DNA of 64,000 nucleotides, taken from Centroscyllium fabricii. Lineage: Eukaryota. Below, in pieces: positions 37,301-49,123 of this stretch (its first letter is position 1; every line of letters begins with the position of its first letter). The translations under genes were made by a program, and so were the position numbers. The stretch covers positions 140,740,001-140,804,000 of the forward strand of contig JBNRSN020000003.1 of the NCBI GenBank assembly GCA_051313645.2. The letters are read 5' to 3'. The notes below the pieces were generated by a model. That model searched no databases. It had not been told where the DNA came from and saw only the letters and a list, made by a program, of their open reading frames with translations.

Positions 37301-40300
37301 ACTTGCTCTCGAGGCAGTGCAGAGAAGATTCACTAGGTTAGTTCCGGGGATGAGGGGGCTAACATATGACGAGAGGCTGAGTGGATTGGGCCTCTACTCA
37401 TTGGAGTTCAGAAGAATGAGAGGCGATCTTATTGAAATATATAAGATTGTGAGAGGGCTTGATCGGGTGGATGCGGTGAGGATGTTCCCAATGGTGAGTG
37501 AGACTAGGACTAGGGGGCATAATCTTAAAATAAAGGGCTCCCATTTTAAAACTGAGATGAGGGGGAACTTCTTTACTCAGAGGGTGGTGCGGCTGTGGAA
37601 TTTGCTGCCCCAGAGAGCTGTAGAAGCTACTACGTGGAATAAATTTAAAACTGAGATAGAGTTTCCTGGAATTAAAGGGAATTAGGGGTTATGGTGAACG
37701 GGCTGGTAAGTGGACGTGAGGCTAGGTTGAGATCGGCCATGTCTGGTTTTTCACCTCTCCCAGGTGATTACATTGGTTTGGGCGGGGTGGAGAGTAAAAA
37801 TAAAATTGAGGTTAGGATCAGATCAGCCATGATCTTATTGAATGGCGGAGCAGGCTCGAGGGGCCGATTGGCCTACTCCTGCTCCTATTTCTTATGTTCT
37901 TATGTTCTTATGTATAAGGTCTTCTCCACCATCGACCTTAAGTCGGCCTATCACCAGCTCCCCATCAGAGCTGAGGACCGTAAATACACTGCCTTTGAGG
38001 CAAATGGGCGCCTTTTTCACTTCCTCCGGGTCCCCTTTGGGGTTACCAACGGAGTTTCAGTCTTCCAACGGGTGATGGACCGAATGGTTGACCAGTATCA
38101 TTTGTAGGCCACATTCTCGTATTTGGACAATGTCACGATCTGCGGCCATGACCAACAAGATCATGATGCCAATTTGGACAGGTTTCTCCGTACGGCCCAG
38201 CGTCTGAACCTCACTTACAATGAGGATAAGTGCGTTTTCAGCACTAACCGGTTGGCTATCCTCGGCTACGTAATTGAGAACGGGGTCCTCGGCCCCGATC
38301 CCGAACGTATGCGCCCCCTTCAGGAGCTGCTCCTACCGCACTCCCCCAAATCTTTGAGGAGATGCCTGGGGTTTTTCTCTTACTATGCTCAATGGGTTCC
38401 CCATTATGCTGATAAGGCCCGGCCTCTCCTCAGGGCTACCTCCTTCCCGCTCCCGTTAGAGGCCCAAATTGCCTTTTCGCATATCAAGCAAGACATCATC
38501 AAGGCAACCATGCACGCCATTGATGAGTCTCTCCCCTTCCAGGTCGAAAGCGATGCCTCAGACTTCGCCCTGGCTGCCACCCTTAACCAGGCAGGCAGGC
38601 CCGTCGCTTTCTTCTCCCGTACCCTACAGGGCCCTGAAGTCCGCCACTCTTCAGTGGAAAAGGAGGCCCAAGCAATCGTGGAAGCAGTGCGCCACTGGCG
38701 CCACTATTTGGCCGGTAAACGATTTACCCTTCTTACTGACCAGCGGTCAGTAGCGTTTATGTTCCACCATAAACAGAGGGGTAAAATCAAGAATGACAAG
38801 ATCCTTAGGTGGCGGATCGAACTCTCCGCTTTTGAGTACGACATTTTGTCCCGGCCAGGGAAGCTTAACGATCCCCCGGATGCCCTGTCCCGAGGAACGT
38901 GTGCCAGCACCCAGTCGGGTAGTCTGAACACCCTCCACACTAATCTCTGCCACCCGGGGGTCACCAGGCTCGCTCACTTCGTCAAATTACGCAATCTCCC
39001 TTATTCCATTGCGGAGATCAAGGCGATGACGCAGGAGTGCCCTGTCTGTGCTGAGTGCAAGCCTCAGTTTTACAGGCCTGACAGGGCGCACCTCATCAAG
39101 GCCACCCGCCCATTCGAGCGCCTGAGTGTGGACTTCAAAGGTCCCCTCCCCTCTACCAACCGTAACTCGTACATTCTCACTGTGGTCGCCGAGTTCTCCC
39201 GTTTCCCTTTTGCATTCCCATGCCCAGATATGATGAGTGCAACAGTGATAAAGCATTTTATCACGCTATTCGCCATTTTCGGCCTTCCCGGCTTCATACA
39301 CAGCGACCGGGGGTCCTCATTTATGAGTGACGAACTGCGTAATTTTCTGCTCGTGAGGGGGGTTGCCTCGAGCAGAACGACCAGTTACAACCCCCGGGGG
39401 AACGGTCAGGTAGAACGTTATAATGGGACCATCTGGAAGGCCATCACCCTGGCCCTTCGATCCAAAGGCCTTCCAACCTCCCACTGGCAGGAGGTCCTCC
39501 AGGATGCGCTCCACGCTACCCATTCTCTCTTGTGTACAGCCACCGGTTGCACGCCTCACGAGAAACTCTTCTCTTTCCCCCGGAAATCGACTTCGGGGAC
39601 GTCTCTGCCGACGTGGCTTACCAACCCGGGGCCGGTTCTGCTTAGAAGGCATGTCCGTGGACACAAGATGGACCCTCTTGTTGAACGTGTGCGCCTGCTG
39701 CATGCCAACCCTCATTATGCCTACGTGGAGTACCCAGACAGGCGTGAGGATACTGTCTCGATTAGAGACCTTGCGCCCGCTGGAGACGTTCACTTAGAGT
39801 CGTTGGCGGAGCCTTTGCCCTCCCAGGTCGCATTTTCACAACCGGGGCCGGCCGTCTTTTCATTCACCTGCGCACACTACATCGGGGCCCTGGTCACTCA
39901 CAATGCATGACGGAGCTCATCATGTTGCTCAGCCTACTCTTCCAGCGGCTGCTACACCTCCACCCGATCTTCCTGTGCCTGAGGTACCTCTTCCACCGGT
40001 GGAGTCCCTGTTCACGTCGGGAGCCCCGTCAACGTCTTTTCCGATTACGACTGCTCCCGCTTCTTCGCCAGAACCGACACTGCCTCGCAGAACTACTTGG
40101 ACTGTTAAACCCCCACTAAGACTGATAACACAGTGCTGATATTCGCCCCGCGGGACTTGTTTTTAAGGAAGGGGTGAATATGATGAACCTTTTAGTGTGG
40201 TTCACACTGTGCGATTATTGTATTTAGTTTGGGTTAATATATCTGTTAATATCTGTACATTCTGTAAGGACCTGTACCGGCTGACCCCGCCTCTGGGCAC

Positions 40301-40431
40301 TAGTATAAAGGAGAATGCTCCGCCCACTCATCTCTCATTCCGGACGGGCTCACCGAGGGCACGGTTCAGTTTCTTGTAAATAAAAGCCTTTAGTTAAGAA
40401 CAAGCTATCAGCTCTGATTTGAGGCTCCACA
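34310..40431 (+). mobile_element. Ty3/Gypsy element C (no tRNA PBS) nested in F
   Basis: LTRs 34310-34561 and 40179-40431, TSD AGTAT, PPT aaggggtgaa, disrupted gag-pol 34586-40139. Confidence 0.96.
36832..37912 (+). mobile_element. 5'-truncated CR1 inserted in the RT of element C
   Basis: SKFVDDTK...RPHLEYCVQFW ORF (36849-37685) and (ttcttatg)n tail; the Gypsy RT resumes YKVFSTIDLKSAY. Confidence 0.93.
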
Positions 40432-42707
40432 AGTATGAGCCCATGTTCGCTGAGACGCTGGAACAGGGCTTTAAGGTGTTCGAGGTGCTCCTGTTTGGAG
40501 GAGCTGGCTACCAGGATGTCGTCCAGGTAAACGAACAGGAACTTCAGGTCCCGTATGACCGAATCCATTAGCCGCTGGAATGCCTGGGCTGCGTTTTTGA
40601 GGGCGAAGGGCATTCTCAGGAACTCGAACCGGCCGAAGGGGATGATTACGGCCGTCTTGGGGATGTCGTTGGCGTGGACGGGGACTTGGTGTTATCCCCG
40701 CACTAGGTCGACTTTGGAGAAGACTGAGCAGCCGGCCAGTCTAGCCGAGAAGTCCTGAATGTGCGGTACGGGGTACTGATCAGGTGAGGTGGCGTCGTTA
40801 AGGCGACGGTAATCCCCGCAGGGGCGCCAGCCCACATCGGGTTTGGGGGCCATGTGGAGTGGGGAGGCCATGGGGCTGTTGGAGCGGCGAATGATACCGA
40901 GTTGCTCCATTGTGGCGAACTCGTTCCGCGCGATCTCCAGTTTGGCTGGGGCCAGCCTGCGGGCGTGGGCATGTACAGGCTGCCCTCTGGTAGGGATGAA
41001 ATGCTCCACCCCGTGCTTGGCGACCTTAGCTGTGAAGGTCGGGTTGGTGAGGGCCGGGAATTCGGCCAGGGTGCCGAGTAGGCGCCCGTGGTCCGGACGC
41101 GGCACTGCCGCCATGTCGGCGGGCTGGGCAGGGGCCATGGCACCGGAGATGGGGGACATGGTGTTCATGTCCACGAGGCGGTGCCAGGGCATGTCGACCA
41201 GTAGTCCGTGTGCGCACAGGAAGTCCGCACCGAGGAGGGGTGAGAGTACCTTAGCTGCGATAAACTCCCATCGGTAGCGGCGACCGGCGAGGTCGATTGT
41301 GACCGTGTGGGTGCCGTACGTCCGACCCGTTTGCAGCAGCGAGTGCCAGTCCTCGTGCGCCCATTTGAATTTCGAGGGCGGTGGCGGGAACGATGCTGTG
41401 CTGCGCACCGGTGTCGCACAGGTAGCGGCGGCCTGTTTTGCCATCCGTGACGTACAGTAGAGGGCCCGCGTGCCCCACGGCCATGGTATGGGCCGGTGTG
41501 AGGACGGGTTTGAAGGTGCAGGGCTGTGTGCACCGTTGCGCCTTGATGCCGAACCGTGCGCGGTAGTAGCAATAACCCGGGTTCGGAGGGCTTGAGGGTC
41601 GCGTCGGCCTCGTGGCCGGGCCTTGTGGACGCGTGAAGGGTGCGGTGGGGCGCGCCGTGGCAGTGGCCGCCATGTCGGGAATGATGTCACGGTTGGCTTG
41701 GGCAGACAGGAGCTTGTCGGCCTCGTCGACCAGAGCCGCTAGGTCCTTGTGGTTGGCCGCCACGATGGTAGGCCGGATGCTGGGGGGTAGCTGGCGGATG
41801 AACAACGTTCGGAAGAGGGACCCTGGTGGCTTCTCATCCGTGAGCGAGTGCATGTGGGAGAGCAGGTCTGACGGTGAGGCGTCACCGAGGCCTGGGAGGT
41901 CGAGGAGCTGGCAGTTGCACGTATATTGGGAGGCCGTGAATTTTTTAAGGAGCGTAGCCTTAAGATGTGCGTACTTGCCGTGCTCAGGTGGGTTCTGCAG
42001 CGTTGTCCAGACCTTCGTAACCGTGGAGCTTCTCAGCGAGGCGATGAGGTAATCATACATCGTGCCATCTCTGTTGATGCGCTGGAGCCTGAATCGGGAC
42101 TCAGCTTGGAGGAACCAGGCTCCGGCCTGGTTTTCCCAGAACTCTGGCAGTTTGACCGAAACTGCGCTTGTATCCGCCATTGCAGGGCTCGGAATTCGTT
42201 CCGAGTGTCGGGGTCACCAGTGTTGAGGCTGCTGACGGACACGAGTAGAGGCCGAGACCGAATGAGTTTAAACAGACTTACTTTAATGGCATCATGGTAC
42301 CGAGTGAGTGATTCGCGCTCTTTTCTCAAATATATATACCGCGCGGCTTGCGTCGTGACGTCAGCCCGTATGCGGGTACGGCTGCGCGCTGACGTCAGCG
42401 CATATACCGGCCCGGCTGCGTGATGACATCAGCGTGTCAGCAGCCGGGCTCTCTGCGAGCCAAGTCTTGCAGGTGCGTTGCCTGGAGAGGCGTCTGTGGA
42501 CGGCGGGGCAGATTCGCCCGTTTAGGTGGTGGCCCGCCACAACAGTATATTATTTTCCAGACTGCCAAGTACTTTTGGAAATAAATGTACTGTAGCATTG
42601 AAGACTTGTTATTACACAATCTGCTAACAGATTTGATTATTTTGTTTTTCCTTTTTAATATTTTAAATTATTTTAACCTTCCTGCCTTTTGTTCTGTCCT
42701 CCTTCAG

Positions 42708-42714
42708 CCATAAG
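42708..42714 (+). CDS. Candidate 7-nt host micro-exon (ccataag)
   Basis: Branch-like ttttaac, long pyrimidine tract, cag acceptor, aag|gtgaga donor. Confidence 0.45.
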
Positions 42715-43368
42715 GTGAGATCAGTCTTGCTTGACCTTCTCTACAGCTAGCAACACTGCTATTCTACACCAGTCAATAGGAAGTGTAAATCGTAGAATCA
42801 TTGAATAGTTACAGCACAGACGATGGCCATTCGGCCTGTCGAGCCCATGCTAGCTCTCTGCAAGAGTGCTTTGAGAAATAAGATGGGTGTCCTACCAGTT
42901 TTCTTCCCCTGCTCCATGTGGAAGGGTTCATTTCAGTGGCCACAGATACTGTGCATGACTTGAATGGCAATTAGCGAAGTATAGCAATCGGAATAGGCAG
43001 GCCTGTATACCTGCAGTAATTGGTATGAGGACTCTGGCCCATAATATGATCATCTAGGGTTGTTGTCTAGTTATTTTCATTTATTTCTGCAATAACGAAC
43101 AATGAGAAAAATCAAGTAGTTACTCAATCCACTGCTAAGTTATAGCAACGAATTAGATGCTCCTGCACCTTTTCAAATGCTGTTATTGAGGTGATCACTA
43201 AGGCTTCCTCCAATTCCTTCCCATTTGGGGAAAAAACAGGAGAAAAACTATCACTAGGATGAACGATTTGTACCCAGATTGAATGAATGCAGTTTTTAAA
43301 TTATAAACATGTATATATTTTTAAACAAAGATAAAGCATTAATGTATTTTCTCTAACATTTCATGCAG

Positions 43369-43403
43369 ATTGCAGAGCACTTTCCTGAAAACAAAAGAGA
43401 GAG
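43369..43403 (+). CDS. Candidate host exon IAEHFPENKRE(R)
   Basis: ctctaac...tcatgcag acceptor, gag|gtacgt donor, open frame, non-repeat context. Confidence 0.55.
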
Positions 43404-44210
43404 GTACGTACTTTGTTATTAACATACTGTAATACTGCACAAGTGAGACATTGATTTCCAAGCAGAGAATGGGCACAGCATGAATACAGTTGACTCAATT
43501 AAGAGCTCTCGCAATCATTCAGCATCATCTGTGTAGGATGTGAAAGCTGTATTATTTGGCATTTGTGCTGCTTGTCTTCCCCCCCCCGAACGTATTTTAC
43601 CACAGTTAAATCATACACTGTACGAAGCAGGTGATTGTTACTGGTGTCATTGAAGATTGGGAGTAATGCAATGTGTGTGACTCAGAATAGGCCACAAAAA
43701 ACTGTTTAAAAAGATTTATATAGTGAAATCCACAGCTCCTCACATTCTTTCACAGGGAATGCATTCATCAAGGTCCTGAAAATCTGCACGTTAACCTTTT
43801 GAAATACCCACGTGGTGAATCAATCGCTGTAAAGAATCAGTCATGTCTTAATTATCTGTACTTATAACTCTGTGACTAAAGGCTGAAACACTGAAGTGTC
43901 AGCATTTTGAATGATATATGTTTTGCATGAAGGTTGGTACTATAGCCACAGGTATATTGTACTAGTCACTATCTCAGACATAATGGACTTCAGAACAGCA
44001 AAAAATGATGAGCTGGATATTCTTTTAGTCCGCACTTATTATTTGAAATGCTTCTAAACCGGAAGAGAAGTATAATCCAGCAAACATCAAAAGTTCACTT
44101 TGGAAGAGAGTTAAGCTTTAGATGGAAATTGCAATGTGCTAGTGTGCCAAAAGGCTGTGTTACTGGAAAGTTAGAATAACACTTTGCAGAGCTTCATGTG
44201 GCAGTTTCCT

Positions 44211-45973
44211 GGAGCTAGATTTTACCAACCTCGGTGGGTCCGTGGTGGGCGACATCGGTGGCAGGTCCCGGCCTCGCTTCTGGCTCCAGCCCACTGTCCA
44301 AAATGATTTTCAACTGATTGGGCTTGTTATGCTGACCCAGCACGTTTCCCAGCCAATTGAAGGAAGCGGGTCTGATGACGTCATTTGATGATGCGTCATC
44401 AGCCGGTTTCCTTAAAGGGACCATGTACAAATTTAGTTTACCAGTTGTGCTGTCCGTGTTCTACAGCATTGAGGTGCAGGAAACACTGACAAGCATTACA
44501 CAGAGGTGCACGACTGCACCCAGGCTCTCCCATGACTCCCTCCGTACGCTTATGGAGGGAGTCACAGCACGCAGGGAGGTTCTCTTCTCTTCCAATGGGT
44601 GGAAGAGACCTCCCCAGGAGATCAACACAGCCTAACATAGAAACATAGAAGATAGCCTGGTTGCACATTGTATAGTGGGGCATAAGCGGGGATGTCATCA
44701 GGAGGACCAGGCTGCAGTGGCGCAAACATTTCAATGATCTCAGTAGATCACGAAACGTTACTGCAAATCAACACTCAACCTCATCCTGCTGTGCCACTCA
44801 TCACATCCCCATCACTCTGCCTTCCCTACCCTACTCCTGTACATCCTTACTCACACCAACTTATCTTGCACCTCCACTCATCCCTCTCTCTCTATCTACA
44901 TTATCCCTTCCCCATCTCGCTAGCCACCTCTCACACTCACCCTCATCCTAGTCCAATCATATGAACTAACAACACACAAGATTAGGCACTTGTGTGTTTT
45001 ACCAATGTTCATATGAAGTTTCTTTTAATGCACTGTCAGATATTGAAACCTTTATTTTGAAAACTTTGCGTTCTTGGACAGATCTGTGTGCACCTTTGGA
45101 AGTGGCTTAGTGAGTTGCAGTGAATGGTGAGACATAACGGTTCCCCCTGCAATGGTGATGAGTGTGAAAGGAATGGCTTAGGCATTGTAGGAATGCTTTA
45201 TGGTGCTGGTGTGGGGTTGTGCCAACCTGGTGCATCATGTGGCAGCCAGGGTGTACAGCATCAAATGAAATAAATCTGGCCATGGTGAGGCCATCCCTGG
45301 CATCCCGAGTAGCAATGTGGTCAGCTGCTGATGCCCTGTGTTCTGTGCAGCATCAGTTGAAAGTTAGTTTTGTTGCTGGTGCTGCTGATGTGCCTTGCGC
45401 TGCTGGTGTTGAGGCTGATTGTGGTGGTATTCTGAGGACCAAGGTGAGATAGTTTGAAGGACACCGATGCTGATGTAATAGATGGCAGGTGAACTTGAGA
45501 TGGCAGAAGCGATCTGTCAATAGTGAGAGAGGTTGTTCCAATGAGGTGACACTGGAGAGAGAGTTTGCTCCAAACACTTGAAACCTGCATAAAGCTCAAT
45601 CTGTTTTCCAAATGCAGTAAGCAACAGCTTCTGAGCTTGGAAAGTGAACAGTGAAGAGATGGGAGCTTTTATAGCACATTTGCAGCTGACAAGTAATGAG
45701 ATGATTCCATAGCCGTTTAACTCCCGACCTGCTTACCTGACATGATCCCTGAGCAGCATAAATTCTGAAGGTGAGCTCAAAATAATGGTCTGTTAACAAG
45801 GTCATAACGACCTGAATTGCATGTCAGATCTGCTCAGCGTTGATAGACCTAACATTTGGGAAAGGCGCCTGGCAGTGGGTTGTCAGCGGGGTCCCGACCC
45901 ATTGTCAAAAAAACCATTTTCCTACCCGACCCACCACCGATCGCGCCCACTTACCACCCAAAAAATTCCCTCC
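44211..45973. mobile_element. Decayed non-autonomous Harbinger-like element
   Basis: Imperfect GC-rich termini (ggagctagatttt / aaaattccctcc) and a Myb-ORF-like remnant at 44500-44750 (TAPRLSHDSLRTLMEGVTARREVLF). Confidence 0.5.
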
Positions 45974-46093
45974 CTGATTTCAGTTGAGATGATACACTTT
46001 CCTGAAGGAAAGCAAAATTGCAGAGTGTCACTGGATTACACATATATAAAATAAAGCATATCTTCTATTGATCAGCTCAAGAGAAGCTGCCTC

Positions 46094-46188
46094 TGAGCGA
46101 TCATAATATGATAGAATTCTTCATTAAGATGGAGAGTGAAGTAGTTGACTCAGAGACTAGGATCCTGAATTTAAATAAAGGAAACTAC
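46094..46188 (+). mobile_element. Short CR1 APE fragment
   Basis: Closely matches 13364-13456. Confidence 0.85.
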
Positions 46189-46660
46189 TGTAGGAATCTA
46201 AGTATTCCTAGCTGAAGAAACGGAGTCCACTCGAAGGAACAGTAACAAACAAGTCTTTACTCTATCAAGTCGATGATCACACTGGTGAAACAAGCCCACG
46301 CCCAACGTGATGATGTCACTGCGCATCATCACGTGGGTCCGCGTTTCCCGTGCTCTTATAGGGGCCACGCCCCTTGCCTAAGTAAGTTACAAATACAGTT
46401 ACAGAGAATTATATACATGGAAGTTATGTTCAGCTATACACAGTTGGATGTGGACCTGCCACATGCGCCCCCCAGAATTCTCTTTAACAGAGAGGCAAAC
46501 GCATGGGTGGCTTGACGAGACGGCCAAAACGACTAGTATCCAGACGGCGGAGGCTGCGGTGTGGCTGGTGGGCTGGCAGATGGGCAGCCACACCGCAGCC
46601 TCCACCGTCTGGATACTACAGTCGTTTTGGCCGTCTCGTCAAGCCATCCATGCGTTTGTC
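46189..46660 (-). mobile_element. 3' LTR (46189-46463), PPT and integrase tail of a CsRn1-like element ending in a fold-back
   Basis: TGTAG...CCACA ends, then ccccccagaat as in E and F; SRFGRLVKP tail. Confidence 0.65.
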
Positions 46661-46699
46661 CCACATCTACCTCCCCCCCCCCCCCCCCCCCCCAAGCTG

Positions 46700-46998
46700 T
46701 CTGAGCTCCTCTAATTCTGCCCTCTTGAGCATCCCTTATTACAATTGCTCAACCATTGGTGGCCGTGCCTTCTGTTGCCTAGGGCCTAAGCTCTGGAATT
46801 CCCTACCTAAACCTCTCTACCTCTCTTTCCTCCTTTAAGACATTCCTTAAAACCTACCTCTTTGACCAAGCTTTTGGTCACCTAATTTATCCTTATGTGG
46901 CTTGGTGTCCAATTTCTTGTCTTATAATACTCCTGTGCAGCACCTTGGGACGTTTCCCTACGTTAAAGGTGCTATATAAATACAAGTTGTTGTTGTTG
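46700..46998 (+). mobile_element. L2-like LINE 3' end
   Basis: GGRAF...PKLWNSLP...FKTFLKTYLF and a (gtt)n tail. Confidence 0.75.
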
Positions 46999-47375
46999 CA
47001 ACCGGGAATCAAAACTAAGAATTAAAGTACTCTCAGTTTGACCAGTCCCAAAACCGATGATCTGCAATTCTTTTTAAATCAATAACTCAGCAAATTGATA
47101 ATGTCATAAGACACAGAAAGAGAAATACCAGCAATATGACACCTCTATGCTCTGGAGGTGCAGTATAGGATGAGCTAAATTTTAGTTCTGTGTTTCCATG
47201 GCTACAATTTTCCCGATGGCAGAGGTAAAATATTTCACCTTCATCATAACATCTGAATTTTCTTCTTGTCAGCGGCCATACAGAGACTGAAAATACATAG
47301 GTCCACGATCCCTGTGTAATTACTGGGATGCGTACACTGGGAACCTCCAGAGTATGAGAGATTAGGGGAACGTTC

Positions 47376-47740
47376 CACAGAAACACAGAAGATAGGAGCA
47401 GGAGTAGGCCATTCGGCCCTTCGAGCCTGCTCAGCCATTTTTTGATGAGATCATGGCTGATCATCCAAACCCAGCACCCCCCCATCTACCCTCTCCCCAT
47501 ATCCCCCAACACCCCCAACTCTAACTCACACACATACTCAGGGGCAATTTTTTTAGTATCTCCAATTCACTTAACCTGCATATCTTTGGGTGGTGGGAGG
47601 AAACCGGAGTACCCGGAGGAAACCCACATGAACACGGGGAGAACATGCAAACTCCACGCAGAGGTGTCCCGGGCCAAGCAGGATTCGAACCCAGGAGCTC
47701 CTTATTGCGAGGCAGCAGTGCTAACCACTGCGCCACCATG
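47376..47740 (-). mobile_element. V-SINE, same subfamily as 3044-3416
   Basis: Reverse complement closely matches 3044-3416. Confidence 0.9.
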
Positions 47741-48487
47741 TCATTCCACAATTTAAATATTGCTGGTGGCCACCTGTGCTACAATAGTGCAACAAAGGCA
47801 TCTGCCATACCAAGAGGGTTACAAATTCTAGCAAAAGCCCCCCGCTCTTCTGTGCCCCAGGAGCCCCAGGCCCAGCAGTTTTTCACTCAAGACTTATCAT
47901 CCACTTTAAAGAGGGCCAATTCTTCACTGCATCATTATTTTTTCTTCAGGGTCCAGGCTTGGACCCCAGGTGGTCCTTACTTCTGCCGGTTGTCAGGCAG
48001 GTCTGCCTCTTCTCACCTGGTGTATCGGCTGCCTCGGAGATCTCAGGCCAGGGCTGGGGAAACTCCTAGCCTGCGAGACCCCCTACCCCCCCCCCCCCCA
48101 CCCCCCCCCCCCCCACCCCCCCCCCTGCTTCCCAAGCCATTCCCCCTCTCATGCGGGTGACATGTTTGAGGCAGATGGAGGTTCCTTCCCAAAGAGGGTT
48201 ATGTGGATATTAGGAGTGCAGGCCGGGACCCAGTGGATCCAAGTCCTCACCTAATTTGCAGATATTCTGCCACACCCTAGTCAGTGCATTATCCCATACC
48301 ACTCCCCCATGCCATCCGTCACCGTAGGATACCTATAAATCAAAATTATACTTAAGTAATGTATGTGTACCTATGCACACAGGTCTGAGATTCACATGTG
48401 CAATATGTTGGGAGCAGTAGCCCACCTGCGAGTATTATGGCACTTTGGGCAGTTTTCTACCAGGAAATATATTTATTTGTCATTTAG

Positions 48488-48555
48488 GTGGAACACTGCT
48501 AATTCTGATATGCACAATTTCAACTTGGCACCAGTGCTTTATCTAATATATGCAG
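48488..48555 (+). CDS. Candidate host exon (R)WNTANSDMHNFNLAPVLYLIYA
   Basis: tttatttgtcatttag acceptor, cag|gtgaca donor; phase 2 start matches the preceding exon; open frame. Confidence 0.5.
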
Positions 48556-49123
48556 GTGACAGTAAATGACGTAAAATGGAGGTGAAGTTTAACTCAAAAG
48601 TGACCATGCTCGACAGCATGATTTATTTACCATAGCAGAACTGCTTAGTTTAATGATCAGATCCTGAAAAAGAAGAGGGGGATTTTGGCAGAAATAAACA
48701 CTACTAACCCTGGAAAGGTGAACCTGTTCATGGCCAATGGCGTTCAATAAAATGAACAAATTCCTAAAGCACCATGAATGTCACATGATTGTAATGAATG
48801 ACCTCAAATGGCTGGCAAAGAAAAACATTGAAAACGGTAAAAAAAACTTTCTAAACCATACCACAGGGGCACAACAAAAAAAAACAATTGTGATTTGACC
48901 ACAAAATTGCAAAGCATTTCCATATACTGAACTCCACAAGATAAAAAATACGTCCTTAGAGGCTCAAATGTCTGGTAAGTGGAAGAACCATTTAAAAAAA
49001 GACATTTTTCCCATACAAAACAGGTTTGAATATACAGTTACCTTAATCAGCTTGCTACACCATTGTGTAAACTTATAGGGGGGTGATTTTAACCTTGAAC
49101 AAACACCAGGCAAGCGGTACAAT

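Larger units (their letters stand above)
31973..42541 (-). mobile_element. CsRn1-clade Gypsy element F, decayed and interrupted by element C
   Basis: LTRs 31973-32270 and 42221-42541, TSD atag/acag, PBS tggtgaccccgac (tRNA-Trp, 42207-42219), gag VKLPEFW, RT split at 34309|40432. Confidence 0.95.

Noticed and set aside
46671-46693. Poly-C tracts (also 48081-48126)
   Set aside because: Low-complexity runs of unreliable length with no supported function.
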